Shown piece after piece: positions 56,394-64,000 of a stretch of 64,000 nt of DNA (position 1 is its first letter; each line of letters starts with the position of its first letter). Source of the DNA: Eledone cirrhosa (lineage: Eukaryota). Both the position numbers and the translations under genes were made by a program. The stretch is from the NCBI GenBank assembly GCA_964016885.1, contig OZ024743.1, positions 374,790,001 through 374,854,000 on the forward strand, written 5' to 3'. Under the pieces are notes generated by a model that worked only from the letters and a program-made list of their open reading frames with translations, was not told where the DNA came from and did no database searches.

Positions 56394-59300
56394 TTCCTTG
56401 AATCTCAGTCATTGATGTTGGTTAACTGGAAAGTCCGTTGGATTGAATATCAAGCCACTACCTGCAGCCTCAGATATTCAGGACGTATCGGAGGGTTCTT
56501 GCTGTTCCAAGCAAGCATGCCTTTTGAAGCGTTCCAAAAAGCGTGAAGGGGCCGATTTTCTTTAACCATCCCTGGAAACTTTTGGAGATAGTCCCCAGTG
56601 CGCCTATGACAATCGGGATCACTTTGACTTCATGGCAGTTCCAAATCCTTTTCACCTCCCACTTTAGGTCCTGGTATCGGTTAATTTTCTCCCTCTCCTT
56701 CTCTTGCACTCTCGTGTCGAACGGGCAGGCCACATCCACAATCAGACACGATCTTTTTTCTTTGTCCACAACCACCAGGTCAGGTCTATTGTGTTCCAGT
56801 TTCTTGTCCGTCTGTATCCTAAAATCCCACAGCACCTTCACCTGATTGTTCTCCATCACCGCCTCTGGCCTATGCTCATACCATTTCTCAGAATGTGGTA
56901 AATTGTTTACTTTGCACAGGTGCCAGTGGATCACCCTGCCCATCACATCGTGTCTCCAGCCCTTATAGTGGGTCTGGGCTAGGTGTTTACACTCGGACAC
57001 AATGTGAGCCACAGTCTCCTCTCTCTCTCCACAGATCCTGCACAGTGGGCTAGCCTCCTCCTTGTAAATATGGTGCTTCAACCACTTCGTTTTGAGGGCC
57101 TGCTCCTGCGCAGCCATTAGCATTCCTTCTGTAGCCTTTTTGAGGTCTCCTCTTCTCAACCAGTTCCATGTCTGTGGATCTCTAAATTCTGTTTTCTCAA
57201 AGAAGGTACTATGAAGGGATTTTCCCTTAAGGCTGCTCTTCCTCCTTGATGTTATTTCCTCCTTGGACATCCCCTGGCCTACTGTCCCCTCCTTCAGTAC
57301 AGTTCTGAGCATTGGCTCCTTACTATAGGTCACGTATTTGTATAGGTTGTTTTTCTCCATCTGAACACAGTCCTCTATGCTGATAAGACCTCTTCCACCC
57401 TCAGATCTCCTTAGGTAGAGTCTATCGACATCACTCCTCTTGTGGAACATGTTGTAGATAGTCAATAGCATCCTAGTCTTCCTATTCATTTCTTTTTGTT
57501 CAGCAACATTCCATCTCAGAATTCCCGCACTGAACCTAATAATAGACACAGCTCGGGAATTTACTGCGCTTATGGCATTTCTGCTGTTCAGATGTGACTT
57601 CAATACGCTCCTTACTCTCCGAATGTATTCAGTTCTTAACAATTCCTTCATTTTTTTGTTCTTTATGCCATCAGCCTCCAGAACGCCCAAATACTTGTAT
57701 CCTTCCTCAGAGTCAATTTCCTTTATCATCTCACCTGTTGGTATCTGGATCCCGTTACTTCTGCTCAACCTACCCCTCCTCATCACAATGACTCCACATT
57801 TACCAATACCAAACTGCATACATATATCACTGCTGAAAATACGGACAGTGTCAACAAGCACATCCAACTCCTTCTCACTTTTCCCGAAGAGCTTAAGATC
57901 GTCCATGAAGAGGAGGTGATTGATGGTAAGCTCTCCCCTTCCCAACTTGTATCCTGCTCTCACTTTTCGCAGCATAATGGTCAAGGGCATCAGGGCAAGG
58001 ACAAACAACAGAGGGGACAGGCTATCTCCCTGGAAGATACCTCTCTTGATCTTCACGCTTCCCAAGGATACTCCAGTTGATGTCAACTCTGTCTCCCAGG
58101 ACCCCATACTCCTGCCTAGCAACTGTCTGATGTTATCTGCCACCCTGAAGATCTCCAGGCTTTTGGTGATGCAAGAATGAGGCACCATGTCAAATGCCTT
58201 TCTGTAGTCTATCCATCCCATGGCAAGATCAGTGTGTCTCCTCCTGCAATTCCCCATTACCATCTTATCAATAAGTAACTGGTCCTTTGTACCACGTGAC
58301 TTCTTTCGGCATCCTTTCTGTTCGTCCGGTAACAAGTTGTTTGTGTGGAGGTGATGGTAGATTTCCTCAGACACAATGCTCGTCAACAGTTTCCACATTA
58401 CGGACAGACATGTGATAGGTCTATAGTTGGTAACATCATTACCCTTGATTCGGTCTTTCATTATCAGAACTGTGGTACCTTTTGTCAACCACTCTGGCAC
58501 CTCACCCGACACCAAGCAGTCATTGAACATGGCCGTCAGCTTCGGGTGGAGGGATGTTAAATGTTTAATCCAATACCCCTGCACACCATCTGGGCCTGGT
58601 GATTTCCAGTTGGTTAGATTTTTGGCCTGCCCCTTAAGAGTTTCAACTGTGATACTCAAATCAGTTTGTTGTTGTGCCTGCTCACCGATCTCCCTCTGTA
58701 CTGTCTCAATCCACCCTGCCTGGACATTATGTCTAACATCCTGCTCCCATATTCCTCTCCAGAATGTTTTAGTTTGCTCCGCCTCAGGGATCAAGTCGTT
58801 GCCTCTTTCTTTCCCCTCAAGCTGTCCAAACAGCATCTTCTGGTTGTTGTCGAACATGCGGTTCTGTTTATACTGACTGACTCTGTTCTCGTATCGCCTG
58901 ATTTTTGCACTCTTTGCTACAATGCGTTGCTTCAGTTCCTCTATGATAATATTTAGCTTTTTCCTCCTAGTTTTGTATTTTATTTCCAGTCTATTTTTAG
59001 TGCCTATGTTTTTTAGTGTCCCATTCAGTAGTGACTCAAGCTTTCCTATGTCATTTCTCATTTCCCCGATTTGCCCACTCAGTCGCTTCTTCCACCACGG
59101 CTCTGCTCTTTCTTGTCTGTTGTTTCCTCTCGCTTTTATACCAAGTAGTTTCCTCATCGTATTTGCTGTTGCTTTGAGGATAGTGTTGCACTGGTGAAGG
59201 CTCCTCGCCTCAAGGTATGGGATGACTTTGTTTACCTTAGCTGTTGTTTCTTTTAACTTTTTCCTGTCTACAAATCTTAGGTTCATAGGTCTCCCACTAT

Positions 59301-60920
59301 CATTGTTCAATTCATCTACCACTAAATTTAGGATGTCAACCGAATCTTGTCCTAGCCCGTCAGCATTCATCTCCTCAGTGGCCGTATCTCTGTTCCAGGT
59401 ATTATTTATCTCAGTATTCAGATCATTGTCTGCTTCGGGTGGTTCCTCCGTTCTCAGGACCTCTTCACCTTCATTTCCCACTGGCTCGCTTGTCTGGCAT
59501 ACTACACCCGCCATCTCCAAGCCATTCTCTCTGCTCAGTTCCTCCAGTTCCAGCTCGCTTATCCACCCATTAGTTCTTATTACCCGAGCCTGCCCGGCCA
59601 ATTTTTGTTCATCTAATTTAAATAAACCAATCTCGTTCCAGATGTTATGCATCCGTCTCCTGTAGCCCCTCTCCTTGGGGTTACTTTTCAGGTAACATTG
59701 CATAACAGTTCTATTCAATTCTTTCGTCCAGTTGGTTCTGGCCCCTTTCCTTCTTCTCCTTCCTCCAACATCAGCAGTATTTGGTTGACAGTCAGGTTCC
59801 TGCTGCTGAGCCAGGGGGCACCTGTTGGGTGAGAGTCTGTCACATGACGTTCTAGTCTCCATTTCACCGTTATTCGAACTGTTTATGTTCGATATTTAAA
59901 CACTCTTATCGAGGATTGGCGAATGTATGGTTACATAGCCATCTGTGGATCCGCCATCCCACTTGGCCCTTGTGTGGCATTATCACCACGCTGTATACGA
60001 ACACACATAAACAAACAAACACACAGGCAGAAAGGGCCCCAAAAATGAATAAGCATAAGTTTCATTGTAATGTAGTGTTCGAATGTCTGACTTAGTTTTT
60101 GTTTTTTAAGTTTTAGTTTTTCCCCCCTCTTCTCTGTCCGTCCGCCTGCTTCTCTCTTCATTCTTATTTTCTTTACGTTTTTTGGTTTTTTTTTTGGTTT
60201 TTGTTTTTCTCTGTTTGTTTTTCTCGTTTTTTGCTGTTGTTGCTGTGCTGCTTTGGTTTTGTTGTTTGTTTTTTCTTTTTTCTTTTGAGTCTATCTATAT
60301 ATTTTGATGCCTTCCTCTTTTTTAGCAGTAGGGATTCTATCAGCAGCCAGCTATAAGAAGTGGGTGACTGGCGGCGGTAGCGATACTGAGACAGTGGTGG
60401 TGGTGATGTCGATACCGAGGCAGTGGTGGCGGTGATGTGACCGTATTACTGTAGTGATGGTGCTGTAGCGGTGGTAGCAGTGAAGGAGTGAAGGGGTGGT
60501 GGCGGCGGTGATGGGATAATGGTGGTAATGATGGCCGTAGTGAGCGGTGGTGGTGAAAATGCCGTTAACTGGCTGTTGTGTTTAGTGTACACAGGTGATG
60601 GGATGGGTGGTGTATCTAGTTTCTGGAGTTGGTGAGTTTGGCTGTTCTATATAGTGTAGACAGAGGAGAGGAGGGGGGGGGGTTCTTCTTCCATTTATAG
60701 CCATTTTCTTTTTTGGATATACAGTGTACAATACAAAGTTGAATATTTGAATATTTGAGCCTTATAACAATATATTTTGGGTCCGAATTTTTGGGGGCTC
60801 AAGCCGGGTGCTTTACGTAGCATTTGTACTAAGAGTTGTTATTTCACAAATGATTTAAATATGTTAAAAATTCAAAACTTACGGGAGCGATTTCATGACC
60901 TCCGTCACCTCGTGCGTCTT
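56394..60920 (-). mobile_element. Full-length R4/Dong-like RLE non-LTR retrotransposon in (TAA)n
   Basis: Single intact ORF; ~1-kb 5' leader; (TAA)n on both sides in element orientation (56350-56393 and 60922-60950). Confidence 0.9.
56470..59862 (-). CDS. RT-RLE polyprotein, 1130 aa, uninterrupted
   Basis: [70 protein letters not shown]. Confidence 0.95.
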   Translation of the reverse strand: METRTSCDRLSPNRCPLAQQQEPDCQPNTADVGGRRRRKGARTNWTKELNRTVMQCYLKSNPKERGYRRRMHNIWNEIGLFKLDEQKLAGQARVIRTNGWISELELEELSRENGLEMAGVVCQTSEPVGNEGEEVLRTEEPPEADNDLNTEINNTWNRDTATEEMNADGLGQDSVDILNLVVDELNNDSGRPMNLRFVDRKKLKETTAKVNKVIPYLEARSLHQCNTILKATANTMRKLLGIKARGNNRQERAEPWWKKRLSGQIGEMRNDIGKLESLLNGTLKNIGTKNRLEIKYKTRRKKLNIIIEELKQRIVAKSAKIRRYENRVSQYKQNRMFDNNQKMLFGQLEGKERGNDLIPEAEQTKTFWRGIWEQDVRHNVQAGWIETVQREIGEQAQQQTDLSITVETLKGQAKNLTNWKSPGPDGVQGYWIKHLTSLHPKLTAMFNDCLVSGEVPEWLTKGTTVLIMKDRIKGNDVTNYRPITCLSVMWKLLTSIVSEEIYHHLHTNNLLPDEQKGCRKKSRGTKDQLLIDKMVMGNCRRRHTDLAMGWIDYRKAFDMVPHSCITKSLEIFRVADNIRQLLGRSMGSWETELTSTGVSLGSVKIKRGIFQGDSLSPLLFVLALMPLTIMLRKVRAGYKLGRGELTINHLLFMDDLKLFGKSEKELDVLVDTVRIFSSDICMQFGIGKCGVIVMRRGRLSRSNGIQIPTGEMIKEIDSEEGYKYLGVLEADGIKNKKMKELLRTEYIRRVRSVLKSHLNSRNAISAVNSRAVSIIRFSAGILRWNVAEQKEMNRKTRMLLTIYNMFHKRSDVDRLYLRRSEGGRGLISIEDCVQMEKNNLYKYVTYSKEPMLRTVLKEGTVGQGMSKEEITSRRKSSLKGKSLHSTFFEKTEFRDPQTWNWLRRGDLKKATEGMLMAAQEQALKTKWLKHHIYKEEASPLCRICGEREETVAHIVSECKHLAQTHYKGWRHDVMGRVIHWHLCKVNNLPHSEKWYEHRPEAVMENNQVKVLWDFRIQTDKKLEHNRPDLVVVDKEKRSCLIVDVACPFDTRVQEKEREKINRYQDLKWEVKRIWNCHEVKVIPIVIGALGTISKSFQGWLKKIGPFTLFGTLQKACLLGTARTLRYVLNI

Positions 60921-60960
60921 CTATTATTATTATTATTATTATTATTATTACTGGCGGGAG

Positions 60961-61163
60961 ATTGACAGTATCGGTAGAAGGTCGGACGCCATGCTTTGCA
61001 GCATAGAGTTACGCCCCTTTATAGTCAGTTCAAATCCCGCCGAGGTTCACTTTGTTTTTCATCCTTACGGGGTCGATAAAATAGAGTACCAGTAATGCAC
61101 TGGATAATGCTGGCCTTGTGCCAAAAGTAGAAACAATTATTATTATTATTATTATTATTATTA
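60961..61163 (+). mobile_element. Full-length SINE
   Basis: A box, B box gttcaaatcc, core, tail ccttgtgccaaaagtagaaaca followed by (att)n. Confidence 0.9.
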
Positions 61164-62137
61164 TGACTGATGTATTCTTTTCTTTGTTGTTTTTATTATT
61201 ATATTCTCTTGGCTGTCATCTTATTTGTTACGTCAATAAGACAAAACACAACGAGGACATGAAAATGCAATAATCCCTCTCAGGAGACTTCCTCTTTATT
61301 TGGTTCTAAGACATTAACACTAGAGAGAGCTGTGCCTCAACAAGATTAGATGTCAAATGGAAAATGTTATTCCCCCAGCTGGAAATTTTGGCATTTTCAC
61401 AAATTTGAGGAAATAGGAAAACCAATAATTGAAATTTGTAACGAAAGGACAGGTAAAAAAAAAGAAAATGGATTTTAAAAATGATTTTCAAATATAGAAA
61501 ACATAACAAAAGAAATATCTTTACTCACATGGAAAACAAACTGTATTATGTCAAAAAAAAAAAACAAGCTTACAATTTAGTTCCGAAGAAATAAAATATA
61601 TAAAATGAAGCAATGAACGCTGTCAGAAATGTTATGAAAATAAATATTGTCATTTCATTTTTTTTGTTTCGTTTTTGTTTTGATTTTTTTTTGTATTTTT
61701 CTGAAAGATATTTCTTGTAACAATAGGTTTTAACAGTTGTTAATTATTAACATAATCTCACCATAAGGTATGAGGATTTAGTGAGGATTAACCGAAATAT
61801 GGAATTGATTGTTGTAAAGGCTGGGATAAAAAATCTGAACATCCGTTTTTACAGATTTCACAGAAGAAAACAGAATAAGTCGCACAATTAAAAGGAAACC
61901 TTAAAAAGATTTGAAAAATATATGTCGATAAAATGGCGTCTGAACAATAGAAAGACAATCTGTAATGGTGAATGCCACTTGTGGCGTCAAACAACTTAAA
62001 AGTAGACAAAACATATCAGAATCAATGCTACAATGTGTTAACAAAATAGACAGCTCTGTTATATACCTAGTGAAACATAAATAGTAGATTTACATAAAAC
62101 ACTCATAGTTACACACAATATATGCATACATAGATTC

Positions 62138-62214
<77 letters not shown>

Positions 62215-62364
62215 GCATAGACACACACATATACATATATATATATATATAAAGAGAGAGAGAGAGAGAGAGAGATAGAGAGAGAGAGAGTGTGTGTGTG
62301 TGTGTGTGTGTGTGCGTGCACGTGTTAAATATCTATATTTAGATTTTTTTTAAAAATAATGATG

Positions 62365-62407
<43 letters not shown>

Positions 62408-62408
<1 letters not shown>

Positions 62409-64000
62409 CAGTATAAACAGAACCGCATGTTCGACAACAACCAGAAGATGCTGTTTGGACAGCTTGAGGGGAAAGAAAGAGGCACCGACTTGATCCCTGG
62501 GGCGGAACAAGCTAAAACATTCTGGAGAGGAATATGGGAGCAGGATGTTAGACACAATGCCCAGGCAGGGTGGATTGAGACAGTACAGAGGGAGATCGGT
62601 GAGCAGGCACAGCAACAGACTGATTTGAGTATCACAGTTGAAACTCTTAAGGGGCAAGCCAAAAAACTAACCAACTGGAAATCACCAGGCCCAGATGGTG
62701 TGCAGGGGTATTGGATTAAACATTTAACATCCCTCCACCCGAAGCTGACGGCCATGTTCAATGACTGCTTGGTGTCGGGTGAGGTGCCAGAGTGGTTGAC
62801 AAAAGGTACCACAGTTCTGATAATGAAAGACCGAATCAAGGGTAATGATGTTACCAACTATAGACCTATCACATGTCTGCCCGTAATGTGGAAACTGTTG
62901 ACGAGCATTGTGTCTGAGGAAATCTACCATCACCTCCACACAAACAACTTGTTGCCGGACGAACAGAAAGGATGCCGAAAGAAGTCACGTGGTACAAAGG
63001 ACCAGTTGCTTATTGATAAGATGGTAATGGGGAATTGCAGGAGGAGACACACTGATCTTGCCATGGGATGGATAGACTACAGAAAGGCATTTGACATGGT
63101 GCCTCATTCCTGGATCACCAAAAGCCTGGAGATCTTCAGGGTGGCAGATAACATCAGACAGTTGCTGGGCAGGAGTATGGGGTCCTGGGAGACAGAGTTG
63201 ACATCAACTGGAGTATCCTTGGGAAGCGTGAAGATCAAGAGAGGTATCTTCCAGGGAGATAGCCTGTCCCCTCTGTTGTTTGTCCTTGCCCTGATGCCCT
63301 TGACCATTATGCTGCGAAAAGTGAGAGCAGGATACAAGTTGGGAAGGGGAGAGCTTACCATCAATCACCTCCTCTTCATGGACGATCTTAAGCTCTTCGG
63401 GAAAAGTGAGAAGGAGTTGGATGTGCTTGTTGACACTGTCCGTATTTTCAGCAGTGATATATGTATGCAGTTTGGTATTGGTAAATGTGGAGTCATTGTG
63501 ATGAGGAGGGGTAGGTTGAGCAGAAGTAACGGGATCCAGATACCAACAGGTGAGATGATAAAGGAAATTGACTCTGAGGAAGGATACAAGTATTTGGGCG
63601 TTCTGGAGGCTGATGGCATAAAGAACAAAAAAATGAAGGAATTGTTAAGAACTGAATACATTCGGAGAGTAAGGAGCGTATTGAAGTCACATCTGAACAG
63701 CAGAAATGCCATAAGCGCAGTAAATTCCCGAGCTGTGTCTATTATTAGGTACAGTGCGGGAATTCTGAGATGGAATGTTGCTGAACAAAAAGAAATGGAT
63801 AGGAAGACTAGGAAGCTATTGACTATCTACAACATGTTCCACAAGAGGAGTGATGTCGATAGACTCTACCTAAGGAGATCTGAGGGTGGAAGAGGTCTTA
63901 TCAGCATAGAGGACTGTGTTCAGATGGAGAAAAACAACCTATACAAATACGTGACCTATAGTAAGGAGCCAATGCTCAGAGCTGTACTGAAGGAGGGGAC
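62408..64000 (+). mobile_element. 5'-truncated R4/Dong-like element running off the window end
   Basis: Starts after (TAA)n; near-identical to the reverse complement of ~58875-57285. Confidence 0.92.

Noticed and set aside
56543-59832. Antisense ORFs overlapping the Dong, Tx1 and Gypsy coding regions
   Set aside because: Shadow frames of real ORFs; they recur only because the copies are near-identical.
59880-59990. HDV-like ribozyme upstream of the Dong ORF
   Set aside because: A tcctcg L3-like string exists, but I could not pair P1, P2 and P3 in the required order.

Overview
AT-rich, microsatellite-saturated eukaryotic DNA. It looks like an octopod cephalopod, judged only from my recognition of the tRNA-derived SINE family. 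The only host-gene sequence I can support is the last coding exon of an anion-type Cys-loop receptor (5017-5193, +). The rest is a retroelement landscape: three near-identical R4/Dong-like RLE non-LTR elements in (TAA)n, one full-length with an intact 1130-aa ORF; a Tx1/L1-clade element (44.8-56.3 kb) split by a Gypsy LTR element; a decayed Naiad-type Penelope-like element (PLE); many SINEs; and RTE, CRE and Ulp1 fragments. The main hidden signal is about a dozen short fold-back elements embedded in (TA)n arrays, belonging to several families with unrelated sequence. They carry minimal type-I hammerhead ribozyme (HHR) motifs, and one family shows compensatory base changes. Most share one asymmetric plan: short arm / loop / long arm, where the long arm carries an extra tail beginning with a conserved RCTC...GAGYRC hairpin. 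The SINE 3' end also matches the Tx1 3' end. All structures were paired by eye, with no folding or database search. Most ORFs in the supplied track are microsatellite noise.
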